This document shows, in pieces, positions 49,534 through 62,666 of a stretch of DNA of 64,000 bases. The stretch lies in NCBI RefSeq assembly GCF_006345805.1, contig NC_043000.1, positions 10,726,001-10,790,000 on the forward strand, read 5' to 3'. Numbering within the stretch: position 1 is the stretch's first letter; each line of letters opens with the position of its first letter. The position numbers were made by a program, and so were the translations under genes. Source of the DNA: Octopus sinensis. Its lineage: Eukaryota. Below the pieces are notes generated by a model. The model ran no database searches. It had not been told where the DNA came from and saw nothing but the letters and a program-made list of their open reading frames with translations.

Positions 49534-50050
49534 CAGAGTAGTCAGGTTAAATTTGACAGTTTGCATAAAAGGAAAAGAAAACACAATATTCCATCCAAAA
49601 ATCAAATTATTTTGTTAAATTAAAAACATCAGCTAGGTTGTGGCTGGGCGATAACAGTTTACTCAAAGTAGCTGGCCTGAACTTCCACCACAATCTCAAG
49701 ACGGCTCTGGAGACTGGTGCATACATTTCTCACTGTTTCCTTGAGAAGATCTTTGAACACCTCCTTGGCCTTGGTATTATAGGCAGAGCAGTGGTGTCTT
49801 TTTCAATTATGCTCCATACATTGTAATGCATGTGACTATAATCAAAGAAATTAGGAGGCCAGAAATTGGGGCTGGTAAAGTCATAGAAATTCTGGAATAA
49901 GCACTTCTGACTCTTTCCAGAGATATGGCAAGGAGCCAGAACCTACTGCCTTACATATGGTATTCCAGCAGCAACCCTCCCTAGCTAGGGTTTGACCACA
50001 GTATCCAGTAGCTTCACAGGGCCCTGAAACAGCTGTAAGCTAGTGAAGTT
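49534..50050 (-). mobile_element. Tc1/mariner DD37D (maT)-like transposon relic: transposase C-terminus and terminus
   Basis: The minus strand encodes LDTVVKP*LGRVAAGIPYVRQ*VLAPCHISGKSQKCLFQNFYDFTSPNFWPPN...VWSIIEKDT...VRNVCTSLQSRLEIVVEVQASYFE*. The terminus resembles TA|CAGGGTGTTCAGGCTAAATTTGA, seen intact at 48850-48876. Confidence 0.8.
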
Positions 50051-50104
50051 CATAAGATATTCGTTTATTCCTTTGTTATTTCATTTTCTTATTACTACTT
50101 ACTT

Positions 50105-50633
50105 GGTGTTCAGGTTAAATTTGACAGTTTGCATAAAAGGAAAAGAAAACACAAAATTCCATCCAAAAATCAAATTATTTTGTTAAATTAAAAACATCAG
50201 CTAGATTATGACTGGGAGATAACAGTTTACTCAAAGTAGCTGGCCTGAACTTCCACCACAATCTCAAGACGGCTCTGGAGACTGGTGCATACATTTCTCA
50301 CTGTGTCCTTGAGAAGATCTTTGAACATCTCCTTGATCTTGACAATGAACTTGGCCTTGGTATTGATTGGCTCGAATATTTTTTCATGTGCCACCAGCAC
50401 AAGTGTCAGTAAGGTGATGCTGGTAGCAATCACGCTCGAATGGTGCTTTTTACGTGCTACCAGCACGGAAGCCAGTCAGCTGTTCTAGCAATGATCACAA
50501 TCGGATGGTGCTCTTAGTGCTCCACTTGCACAGATGCCAGTCATCGAATTTAATTTCGATTTCACTTACCTCAACAGGTCTTTCTCAATTATGCTCCATA
50601 CATAATCAATGAAATTAGGAGGCCAGAAATTGG
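50105..50633 (-). mobile_element. Tandem second copy of the maT-like terminus, interrupted by a family R 5' fragment (about 50372-50582)
   Basis: About 240 bp nearly identical to 49543-49780. ORF 50227-50466 ends IKEMFKDLLKDTVRNVCTSLQSRLEIVVEVQASYFE. Confidence 0.8.
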
Positions 50634-51521
50634 AACGTATATTTATAAAATATATTATCTTTCTTGTATCTCCTTCTCCTCCTTGTGCACATGATGTGCA
50701 ACATCTCTGCTTATGAAAACGAAATTCATTTTTCTTATAAATCCATAATTAAAAAAGTTCCTTTGTGTTATGTCGTTAGCTCGGTCATAACTCGTTCATT
50801 TTTCTATTCCCTCTATTACTAGTTTTCTGTTTGTTTGCATCTATTTGTTTCTGTCGCATGTTCTCCAATTTTGGGTCAGGTTTTCGAATGCGATTTCGTG
50901 TTGTCCTTCCTGGCTTTCTTTCGTCCACCTCCCAATCTTAATATTTCAGGTCTTGTGATTGAGTTTTCAGTCATCAGGCTTTAGTTGGCATTTGGGAGCT
51001 AGCATGGAAAACGGACGCTAAATGATGATGATGATGATTAGTCATTAAAATTTGCAAAATTTGGGTATTTTAGCCAATCAGAAGCGAGTATGGAAACAGT
51101 TCTTTGCTTCCCAATGATATGGTTCCAGGTTCAGTCCCACAATGTGGTACCTTGATCAAATGTCTTCTACTTTAGCCTTGGGTTGACCAAAGCCTTGTGC
51201 GTGGATTTGGTAGACAAAATCGTATAGAAGCTTGTCATATATATGTATATGTGTGTGATTGTGTGTGTGTGTGAATGTCTCCTTGTCTCAACATTGTGTG
51301 ATAGTTATAAGCAAGCATCACAGTCATAAAAACAGCTCCTTCATTTTCAGTCTTTTGAAACATCAGTCTGGTAATGTGAAAATATCTTACTGGAAAATAA
51401 GGAGAGCATCTGGCTGTAGAAAATCTGCCTCAACAAATTCTGTCTGACCCATGCAAGCATAAAAAATGGGCAGTAAAACGATGATGATTATTATCATTTT
51501 TTATATGCAACACAAGCAGTA

Positions 51522-52011
51522 TCGTAAATCCTTGAGTATAATTCGCATTTTTTCCCCAAAATCCCTAGTGCGTACTATATACGAGGTTAAAAATGAAAAA
51601 ATATTTTCTAAGCAATGTCTGAGTCTCTATTTGCTGTCCGGCAATGTTTATTCAGACGCATTTTGTGATGTTGGGCGCGAAAATACCTTAAGCTAAGCCT
51701 GAAAGCAATGAAATCATAAAAGAATCATCCATAACTTGCAGTAAGCAACATTTACTAAAATAAAAGTATTCAGAACACAGAATATTATGTAACAAAAACA
51801 ATTTGCAAACATATTTACATTCCCATATAACAGTTAAGAACATCACCATTATTGTATTATGCATGCGCGGAAGTGTTTGTTCGATTAGGTGCTGCTGGCT
51901 TAATTACACACAACTCAAGTTAAAGAAGTGGTGCGTATATATACAAGGTTTAGGTTTTTCAGAGGTACAGCCCCCTAAAAATCCCCTGCATATTATACTC
52001 AAGGATTTATG
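51522..52011. mobile_element. pogo/Tigger-like MITE
   Basis: TA|tcgtaaatccttgagtataat ... attatactcaaggatttatgg|TA; imperfect ~21-bp TIRs with TA flanks. Confidence 0.65.
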
Positions 52012-52580
52012 GTATTAGTTTAGAATAACAATCTGTGCATTATACACAATGCAGATATGTTACTAAAAGCCAAATTAACAATGGTATTCATTCTGCAAAA
52101 TAAAAATATACAAAAATATATCAGTAACAGACGAAAATCGTCTAGCAGCGGTAGTGGGATTGCCAAGTGTACATTTATGCCTCCTTGTACTTCGTCGGTA
52201 ACAGGTACCTACAAAGTAACTGCTTAGTAAGACACTGATATAGGAAACCTCTGATGTATAATATGTAAATAAGGAATCCCAGTTTTCTGCAGCCACTGGA
52301 TTTGTTGAGTGTATAAACAGCTTGCCTGCTTGTTTCTTGGGGATTTATCAAACTCTGATGAGAACCCAATAAAGTCAGAAAATCGATTAAATCTGTTCAA
52401 GATTTTTCTCAGCCTACGGAGAAAGTTAAATTTGCCTTGTTTGTTTTCAAATGCATAGGCTTACGGGTGAGTGAGCTAAATTATAAGGCACAAAAAGAAA
52501 ATGACTCTCCCCAGAACAACAGAATATTACATTATTACTATTCATATATTATCATTTGCTTTTGGTTTCTGTCAGCCTTT

Positions 52581-52988
52581 GGATCTTTTCGGTTTGAACG
52601 GCAGTTTTTAACATAATTTCTAGGTAACTAAAAAATGTTAAACTTCGCATACAGGTAGAATGTGTTTATAAAACATCTTTTTCTCTTGGTTTTATCGAGA
52701 AAATTCTATAGTTTGTAAGATATTTGTTGTTTTTTTTCTTCAATTTCTGCAATTTCAACCAATCACTGACGTCTATTGAGGTAAAAAAAAAACATTCTGT
52801 GCCGTATGAATATGTCCCTCGTTTAAGAAACAGATTGGGTTTATTTACGTTTGCGAAGAAAAAAAGGTACCCTTCCCCCACCCCTAAAACAGATTGAAAT
52901 GCAATAGATCGATACTAGGGTCATAATTATGGGTGACAATTTCATATGACACCGCTAGAAAAAACTGCCGTTCAAACTGAAAAGATCC
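52581..52988 (+). mobile_element. TIR MITE family M1 (GG termini, 8-bp TSD type)
   Basis: ~29-bp TIRs GGATCTTTTCGGTTTGAACGGCAGTTTTT. The flanks cagccttt/catctatt match at 5 of 8 positions. An inverted copy lies at 54850-55247. Confidence 0.8.
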
Positions 52989-53231
52989 CATCTATTTTAA
53001 CTAGAAGTAAGAAGCAAGTTACAGAATTTCTCAGTGTATAATTTATTTATAACAAAATGACAGGTTAGCTTTCATTTTGGAATAACCGTCTGCACCGTAT
53101 TTTTCGACGTACAAGTTGACTTTTTCAGGCCAAAAATTCCAGTCAAGAAAGGTAGGTCGACTTACATACTGTAACAGCTTTGGAGGACCAAAAATTTCAT
53201 ATGAGATACAATGAGAATTGGAAAAATAGTA

Positions 53232-53626
53232 TGGAAGCACTCCGTCGGTTACGACGATGAGGGTTCCGGTTGATCCCAATCAACGGAACAGCCTGCTCGT
53301 GAAATTAACGTGTAAGTGGCTGAGCACTCCACAGACACGTGCACCCTTAACGTAGTTCTCGGGGATATTCAGCATGACACAGAGAGTGACAAGGCCGGCC
53401 CTTTGAAGTACAGGTACAACAGAAACAGGAAGTAAGAGTGAGAGAGTGAGAGAAAGTTGTGGTGAAAGAGTACAGCAGGGATCACCACCATCCCCTGCCG
53501 GAGCCTCGTGGAGCTTTTATGTGTTTTTGCTCAATAAACACTCACAACGCCCGGTCTGGGAATCGAAATCGCGATCGCATGACCGCGAGTCCGCTGCCCT
53601 AACCACTGGGCCATTGTGCCTCCACA
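53232..53626 (-). mobile_element. tRNA-derived SINE with 12-bp TSD
   Basis: Minus-strand head ggcacaatggcccagtggttagggcagcggactcgcgg...ttcgattccc. TSD ggaaaaatagta at 53220-53231 and 53627-53638. Confidence 0.85.
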
Positions 53627-54218
53627 GGAAAAATAGTAATGATGTTTAAATGTTACTTCATATCCACCATAATAGCACAACAATTTTAGTTACCTGATAA
53701 TTCTTTTTATATTCATATTGATGTGAGATTATAATCATAAATAAAGGCAAATATTAAAAATCAAACTTGATACAATTAAACATAATTTCAAATAGAATCT
53801 TGTTCCTTTTATTTCGGCATTTTCATTTTGTGAAATCTTCCATTCCCATCTGTTCTCTGTGCAAGCTCTGTTAAGCCCTATACTGACGATGTCCTAATTT
53901 CTCAATAAAAACCTGTGACCATAATCATATGACCATTTCTTCTTCAAGTGTGCCAAATAAAAAATAAAAACAAATACGTTTCTGGGATTATTCTTAATAT
54001 AATTTTATTCATCATAAATCAATGAGCAAAGCATTTTAATAATGTTATTCCAGGAGTGGCTGTGTGGTAAGTAGCTTGCTAACCAACCACATGGTTCCGG
54101 GTTCAGTCCCACTGCGTGGCATCTTGGGCAAGTGTCTTCTGCTATAGCCTTGGGACACACCAATGCCTTGTGAGTGGATTTGGTAGACGGAAACGGAAAG
54201 AAGCCTGTCGTATATATG

Positions 54219-54249
<31 letters not shown>

Positions 54250-54849
54250 CTGTGTTTGTCCCCCTAGCATTGCTTGACAACCGATGCTGGTGTGTTTACG
54301 TCCCCATCACTTAACGGTTCGGCAAAAGAGACCGATAGAATAAGTACTGGGCTTACAAAGAATAAGTCCCGGGGTCGATTTGCTCGACTAAAGGTGGTGC
54401 TCCAGCATGGCCGCAGTCAAATGACTGAAACAAGAGTAAGATATATCAGGTTGAACAATATTCCAGAGAAAGTCGACTTATATGATGAGAATAGACTTAA
54501 CCATTGATTTTTTTTTACCTCGACCTGCATATCACGTTGACTTGTATGTCAGAAATTGTGGGACGAGGTAGAAATATGAGATATATGAGTTAAGCCTCCC
54601 TCTTGAAGTATAATAACAAATATGCAACAAGAGAAACTGCGTTTCTCTGCTTAGATATTAAAATGTGTTACGCGAGATTAGTTTTAAAGAATTGATCAAA
54701 AACTTTGTAATGAACAAAAACAAAAAAAAAGGGAAAAACTTAAAAAATATTAATGAAGTTATAAATATACAATAAAAGATATTATTTTTCCTCTTTTGGT
54801 CTATATGTATCATCAAATGTTGTTTCTCATTTAAGGATGGAAACCAATG

Positions 54850-55247
54850 GGATCTTTTCGGTTTGAACGGCAGTTTTTTCTAGTGGTGTAATATGAAATT
54901 GTCACCCATAATTATGACCCTAGTATCGATCTATTGCATTTCAATCTGTTTTAGGGTTAGGGTATCTTTTTTTCTTCAGAAATGTAAATAAACCCAATCT
55001 GTTTCTTAAACGAGGGACATATTCATACGGCACAGAATGTTTTCACCTCAATAGACATCATTGATTGGTTGAATTTGCAGAAGTTGAAGAAAAAAAACAA
55101 CAAATATCTTACAAACTATAGAATTTTTTCAATAAAGCCAAGAGAAAAAGATGTTTTATAAACACATTCTACCAGTATACGAAGTTTAAAAGTGTTTAGT
55201 TACGTGGAAATTATTTTTAAAAACTGTCGTTCAAACCGAAAGGATCC
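54850..55247 (-). mobile_element. TIR MITE family M1 with perfect 8-bp TSD
   Basis: TSD aaccaatg at 54842-54849 and 55248-55255. The body is the reverse complement of 52581-52988. Confidence 0.85.
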
Positions 55248-55291
55248 AACCAATGTAATAAAAAATGCTGTTTTATACAAATAATTCTTTC

Positions 55292-55654
55292 GGCGATCTT
55301 TCGTCTCTAGTAGACCTTTCCGTCGATTTCCGTAAATTTTTTTTTTTTTTCACATATGGGCTTGCGAGAACTTTTGAAGTAATGAGAGCGAAAGAGACTA
55401 AGAGAAAGCGATTGTATGACGAGGGAAGTTCTTTTGAAGTTACCGTGCATGGGAAGCATTGATGTACATGTGTGTGTGTGTTTGATGGGGTGTGCACGGT
55501 AACTTCAAAAGAACTTCCCTCGTCATACAATCGCTTTCTCTTAGTCTCTTTCGCTCTCATTACTTCAAAATTTCCCGCAAGCCCATATGTAAAAAAAAAA
55601 AAAAAAAATTTTACGGAAATCGACGGAAAGGTCTACTAGAGACGAAAGATCGCC
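55292..55654. mobile_element. Fold-back MITE, Merlin-like
   Basis: Near-perfect ~158-bp arms (55292-55449 and 55493-55654) with a 43-nt spacer. Termini GGCGATC...GATCGCC; perfect 8-bp TSD attctttc at 55284-55291 and 55655-55662. Confidence 0.85.
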
Positions 55655-56255
55655 ATTCTTTCTAACGATATTTCTCTTTCGAATTTTTCTTCAAAAATTG
55701 ACATCCATTGATTTCTGTACAAAAATGGTTCTCAAAAAAGTTTTGCATCTGTGTTTTCCTATCATAAGTTGAAAAAAAGAAAATGAATAAAAAAAAACAA
55801 AGACTCGAACCTTTACATTTTTTCCTGTTGCTCTAGTTAAAAGTGTAACAATTTACTTTCCTCAGTTATGTGTTAAACAATAGCTTATGTGCGCACACAC
55901 TTTATAATTATGACGTTTGGCCTGGAAAGAAACTGAATTTCAAACTAATATTTTGTATTCAGTACTTGTGCTTTAATGTTTTGTAAGTTAGACAATGGAA
56001 AGGTCAAAGGGTTGACATCTTTAGGTGTGCTTTGCACACCACTTGGTTTTACACCGGCCTATATACAGACATAGACATGCAAGGCAGATAAACACACACA
56101 CACACACACACTCACACATGCCTTATCTATAAGATTTTGAAGCAGCTTGACAAGTGCGATTCACGAAACTTCGGTTCTTGAGTCACTTTGTAAACTTTGC
56201 CGGTTAAAAAGAGACAAAAAATTATATTGCGCGCGCGCGTATGTAAGTATGCATG

Positions 56256-56289
<34 letters not shown>

Positions 56290-56290
56290 C

Positions 56291-56366
<76 letters not shown>

Positions 56367-56498
56367 GCTTACCAACCACATGGTTCCGGGTTCAGTCCCA
56401 CTGCGTGGCACTTTGAGCAAGTGCCTTCTACTATAGCCTCGGGCCGATCATACCCTTGTGAGTGGATTTGGTAGACGGAAACTGAAAGAAGCCCGTTG

Positions 56499-56553
<55 letters not shown>

Positions 56554-57325
56554 ACATCACTTGACAACCGATGCTGGTGTGTTTACGTCCCCGTAACTTA
56601 GGTGTTCGGCCAAAAGCGACCGATAGAATAAGTACTAGGCTTACAAAGAATAAATCGATTTTCTCTACTAAAGGCGGTGCTCCAGCATGGCCGCAGTCAA
56701 AATGACTGAAACAAGTAAAAGAGTATATTTATATATATATATATATATATAATCATTTTGGATCTTGTTAAATTTCCAACCACTTCAAGTATTTCAAATT
56801 TTCATCAGGTTTATTTTCAAAAACGCAGTTTTGTACACTGATGGCGAAAATCGCATTAGTTTTTTCCTTATTATTTAAAAAGTTACATCAATGTAGAAAA
56901 TTAAAAAAGGGTGGGAGGGTGAAAATTTGATATATTTCAAGTGCTTGGAAGAAATTTAACGCTTTGAGATTTATCTATTGTGTTTGTGCTTGTGTACGTG
57001 TATGTATATCTACATACATACATATACATACACACACGCAGGTGCATATATATATATAACAAAAATGTTATATATATATATGTACACATGCATGTACATA
57101 TATAACAAAATGTTATATGCGTATATATATATAGAGATATATAGTACAAAGTAAGATAGGGGTTATGGGTGTAACCCACTATGGGATATCATTTATCCAA
57201 TATACTGTTGGTAAAGTACCCAAATTCTTAATACACAAATGTTTTTAATTGCAATGCAATTTACTCTACCTCTGGTATTTGAGTACTCTTTTTTCCTCCT
57301 TGTTTCACATTTATATGTTTACTCC

Positions 57326-57362
<37 letters not shown>

Positions 57363-58419
57363 GCATTCACACACATAGAAACACATTCATGTACCTTCAT
57401 ATTAGTACACGTAAACGCACCTTAATTTGCTATTGAAATACGCCTGTTCTTGAGCGATATTGCGTAAATGATAGCCACGGTTTCTGAAACAGCATCGCTA
57501 TTACACAACGTTTATTTCGATCCACATGTGTTGTTGGGGAAAGCCAGTCTTGAAATAGTGACAGGTATCTCGATGACATGCAGAAGGAATGTTACACACA
57601 CAAAAAAAGAAAAGAAAAAAAGTGGGGAATGGTGGTCGGGGGTGGACGGGAGTAAGGAAGCCAGAATATTGGAAGGTTGTTAATTTAACATGACCGTTAT
57701 TTAAAGGATCTTAATTTAACATCATTACCATCACCATCATCACCATCGTTATCATTATTCTCATCATATATCTTCATTAAAGTGGTCGCTCGACCTGCTA
57801 GAAATAGCGGTCAGAGCTTACCCTACAGCTTTATAAAAAAAATACAAAAACGAAGGTAACATTAGATAGTGTAGTCCAAATTACACTATTTCTGAATATA
57901 TGGGGGTGCTCACGGCTGGAATATCTTTAAACTTAAGTTTGTTCGATCAAGACTGACCTAGGGCTATATGACAACGTTATCATCATCATCGTCGTGGTCG
58001 TAGTGCTCTTATAACAGGATAGGAAGAGGAGATACTATGGAGACTGACGGACAAAACAGGGCACACGGAGCAGAAAAGTGAGAAAAGGAGGAGATGGAAG
58101 GGTAGAAGCAGAATAAGGGAGCCGAGCAGGCGAAGGGGGAGGAGTATAATTAGTGAGAGAGAGAGAGAAAGAGAGAAAGAAAGAGGGGGAGAGAGAGAGA
58201 GTCTGTAAGATAGTTATAGCTACAGAGAGTGGTGTGTGTAAAAGCAGGCAGAGAAAGCTCAAGTTGGAGGAAAAATAATTTGCTGGAGAGAGAAAAAAAA
58301 CACACGGATAAGGAAATCAATAGATAAAAAATATATAAAAACATCTACGTCCATCGCCTTTTTTCGGTGTCTGAGGAATCATCTGTAACGTTTGTTTATT
58401 GTCAAGGGTGTGTGTAGAA

Positions 58420-58509
58420 ATGGCAGATGTGGCAGCAGAACAGGCCAGCAGTGGCCACCAGTCAGAGAAAAGGAAGCGTGGACGACCTCGAAAACTTAAG
58501 ACAGATCAG
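58420..58509 (+). CDS. Probable first coding exon of an AT-hook DNA-binding protein (HMGA-like or a larger chromatin protein)
   Basis: ATG in a gaaATGG context. Encodes MADVAAEQASSGHQSEKRKRGRPRKLKTDQ with a canonical K-R-G-R-P-R-K AT-hook. CAG|GTCAGA donor, GC-richer than the flanks, and preceded by a purine-rich tract (about 58020-58320). No downstream exon identified. Confidence 0.65.
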
Positions 58510-61500
58510 GTCAGACACATTTTAATAGTTTTCATTGCTTTTTACTATAACTTTGTTGTTGAGTGGATTCCCTTTTCTAGTTTTATTATACTGTTGCTTT
58601 TATCTAAGCTCGTTGTGTTTATTTTTCATATGTATTTTAAAAAAAAATTCATCTTCGATTCTTTTTCTTTCCATACTCCCGCCAAAATTATCCACAAGTG
58701 TGTGTGTTTGTAACTAATGTGAGTTAGTAAGGGTGTGCATGTTTGTCTATGTGTGATCTACAATAAGTAAACTATTGAAATTTCAAGTCAGCAAACTTAT
58801 TGTCGAGTGCCAACTATTTATACCTACTTTATCTGTTCTATATATTTAATTATTTATTAGCTAAACGTGCCCGTCGTTCTAGTCTTTCTTATCTCCATTC
58901 CAACCACGAGGATATCACAATTTTTAATACGAATAATCTTACTTGAAATAAAAGAAACTTTCCTATGTTACTTAACTACAGCACTTAGCTTTTCTAACAT
59001 GAGACCCCCAAAAAAGTAAAGTCCTTTCTCTCACTGTATCTTACCTACTTATTTCATTTTTGTTCTGCCTCTCATTTTCTATTTCTCTATCTTTCTTTTT
59101 GTTTCTTTTATTTCCTTTTATGTATCTTCTTACCTTTACTTTCTCCCTCTCTTTCCTTCTGTTTCTCTCTCCCCCTTTTATTTCGTTTTCTCTCTATATA
59201 TATCTCCACCTCTCTCTCTTACTCGTAATAATATTTACATTTCCTCCTTCCCCTGACACCCCTTTCTCTTACTATTTCGTTTTTTCCACCCTCTCCTCTT
59301 CAATTATTTTATCTTTCCTATCCCGTCTCTCTCTTTTCTCCCCCTCTCTTCCTCACATTCTTTCTCTCTATTATCTTTCTCTATCTTGTTTTTCTTTTTC
59401 TTGTCTCCCTCTCCTCCCTTACAGATTTTCTATTAAGTCTTTCATCTTTCCATTCTCCCATTCATCTCTCAAGTTACGTACATTTTACATCCAATAATGG
59501 TCAAGTTTTCTGTCTAATGAAACTAACCGAGGTCCGACGAAATTAGTGATGGTCAATGTTGGCGAGGACAGTTAATAAAATTCATAAAAATATACGAATT
59601 TGGTCTGTCATGTGGAGAAAAGTGGAATTTTCATGTTAACTTTTACAGGTGAAGTCTAACGTTTAACTTTAATAATTCAATTATACACCACAGCTTATTG
59701 ATCATACACCTGTATTTCAGCCACTGACCGTAATTTTTCAATTAAAGATTCGTTCAGTTTCCTGTCAGTTACAACTCAGAACTTATGAATGAGTAAATGC
59801 AACTTACATGTTATTTCTCTTGATAATCCTCAGGTTTTATGCAATACAACATACTATATATATATATACACGCGCGCGTGCATGACGTGCGTGCTCAACC
59901 TGCTAGATATAGCAGCCAGATCCCTTTTAAATCACTGCTGTCTTAATAAGACGTTGGATAACGTGATCTTGGGTTCCCTGCATAAGACAAGATGGTCATC
60001 ACTGGAGTGCCTTTCATCAGGTCTGTTCTGTCAGAGTAGATCTGGGATAATAAAAAAACATTATATATATGTATATATATATATATTTATATTACTATAA
60101 ACATCACGTGTTTATAATATACAGCGCACACAATCAGTGTACACTGCGTGTATGATATATACATTAGTTTGTTTTAAATAGCTGCATTGTCTATTAAGTA
60201 TGCTGGCATGGTGGAATTGGTTTTTATGTTTGACCAGTGACTATTACAGCCAATTGCCACTGCTTCTGTGCAGCCAGAGCTGCTTGATCAGCGGAGAAAT
60301 TAGGGTCTGCCATGCTAGTTGTAGTAATATAGTCTGGCTGACCAGCACGGCTTTGATTGCCTGGAGACTGACTGACCAATATTTATTTCTTCTACTACCA
60401 TGTTGTTCTAGCGGAGACTGCCATGCGCTGCTGTTATGGAAACTGACTGACTGACCATCATCTATCTATTGACTGCTTCTTTTGCCATTGGCTGACCATT
60501 ATTTCTTCCACTACCATTTTATAATTATAGAGTCTGGCTGACCGGCACAGTGTTCAATATCACGTTCCTTGCTGAAGTAAGAAACTAGCTGACAACCTCA
60601 TCTACTCTACCCACCCATGCTTACTGCAGGCAATGGTGGTCAGTGAATTGCTTGACCAGCAATAGTGGTTGTTGTACTGGCTACTCCACCTGTCGTTCTC
60701 ATCAGTTAAATATGATAAAACTAATGACAGAAATAGCTAAAATCTAATACAAGCTTGAAAATATAAAATTTGTTTTCAAGGTGGAATAGTATTAAATAGT
60801 AAAGGAATTTCTGATTGTCACAATTCTCTGTAGGAATTCTTCTCATATTTAAAATTCTTGTTCCACATGGAATATATTTAGATTAGCTTACCTATAATGG
60901 TAAAAAGCAACTCAAGCCATATGTATTGAGAAAGTAGGTATTTGGTAACAATTTTATTCAAAGTAGGTTAGTGTAGAATTCAGGTATTGGTGCTGTGTAA
61001 GGGTAGAGTTAATCTTTCTAATAGTGTGTGTGTGTGTAGCTATGAGCATATTTTCTCCTAAGTTGCATACAAGGATCAAATAGCAGCCATTATGTGACTA
61101 CTAAAATATAATTACTGACTTAATAATGAATTTTTGGTGTAAATTAATTAGTATAAGAAATATAATTGTCTTAATGTATAACATATGTGTGTGTATATGT
61201 GTATCTGAATATATGTATATGTCTATAAAAGTATGTATAAATACATTTATATGCATGTGTGTGTGTGTGTAAATATGTATGTATATACACATTTAAATAT
61301 GTATGTATATACACACATATTTAAATATGTATGTAAATATGTGTAAATATGTATGTATATACACACACACCACACATATATATGCATATGTAGCTATATG
61401 TTTATAAGTGGATATATTATTTTTAAGCTTAATGTTTATTCTGTCAGTCTCTTTTTGCCAAACCTATAAGTTACATGGCTGTAAACAAATCAACATTGTC

Positions 61501-61565
61501 GAGCAGTGGGAGGGACAAACACAAAGACACATAAATATATACATATTTATATATCTGTGTGTGTG

Positions 61566-61596
<31 letters not shown>

Positions 61597-62281
61597 GACA
61601 GGCTTTCAGTTTCCATCAAATAAATCTACTTACAAGGCCTGAAGTGGGACTGAACCCAAGACTCCATGTTTAGGAAGCAAGTTTCTTATTTCTTTATTGC
61701 CCATAAAGGGCTAAACATAGAGGGGACAAACAAGGGATTAAGTCGATTACATTGACCCCAGTGAGTAACTAGTACTTAATTTATCGACCCCGAAATGATG
61801 TAAAGCAAAATCGACCTCAGCAGAATTTGAACTAGGAAGATGAAATACTAGGTAGATGAAATACTGCTAAGCATTTCACCCCGTGTGCTAACATTTCTTA
61901 CCACACAACCATGCTTGCACCTATCGGAAAATAGTGCCACTCCTATGTTCTATATATATAGTTTTATGTCCCCTTTGCATGCTTGTCACTGCGTTCACAA
62001 AAGAGTAATAATACTGATGTTTCATGTAGAGTCATGATGCTGGTGTTTCATGTTGACATGTCACTGATTGCTCTGCACTTTCAGAGACCTTGTGAAGGAA
62101 ACATCCATTACTTAAAAAAACAGTGAAAGGTAGGGGGCAAGAAGATTACCCAGTCATAAAATCCTACCTCAACTATCTTCCTGTCTAACCCATGCTCACA
62201 TGGAAAAACAGCCATGAAACAAAAGAACAGTGTATGTGTGAATATATTTGAATGCATCTATATATGTGCGTTTATATAATA

Positions 62282-62666
62282 CTAGCAGTATCGCCCGGCG
62301 TTGCTCAGGTTTGTAAGGGAAATAACTATAAAGCATTTTTAGAGAGTTATAGCCAAAAAATAGCAAAAAAATGGAAAAAAAAAATATGGTAAATTTTTTT
62401 TTGAGTTAAAAAAGGTCGAGTTGCGTCCCCTAGACAGTCTGTGGTTTGTGTTTCTGATTCTCGACCCCATGTCGAATTTATCGATTTTTTTCAGAACTGG
62501 GGGAACTTTTCAAAATTTTCGCTGCGTTAGTTTTGAATTATGACATTGGGCTATGTGTGTGTCAAGTTTCATCAGAATCGGTTGAAAGCCGTGGTCAGAG
62601 TGAGGGTACGAGAAAACAGACACACAGAAACACACACAGACAAACTGCCGTTTATATATAGAGAGA
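62282..62666 (-). mobile_element. Helitron-like H1 copy
   Basis: Reverse complement of 1919-2302, with A|TC and CTAG|T termini. Confidence 0.8.

Noticed and set aside
56140-56185. TTGACAA-GTG-cgatt-CAC-GAAAC-ttcg-GTT, resembling a variant hammerhead core with stems II and III
   Set aside because: No stem I pairing on either side of the putative cleavage site.
59060-59497. 145-aa hydrophobic ORF as a membrane protein
   Set aside because: It is the translation of a CT-rich low-complexity intronic tract.
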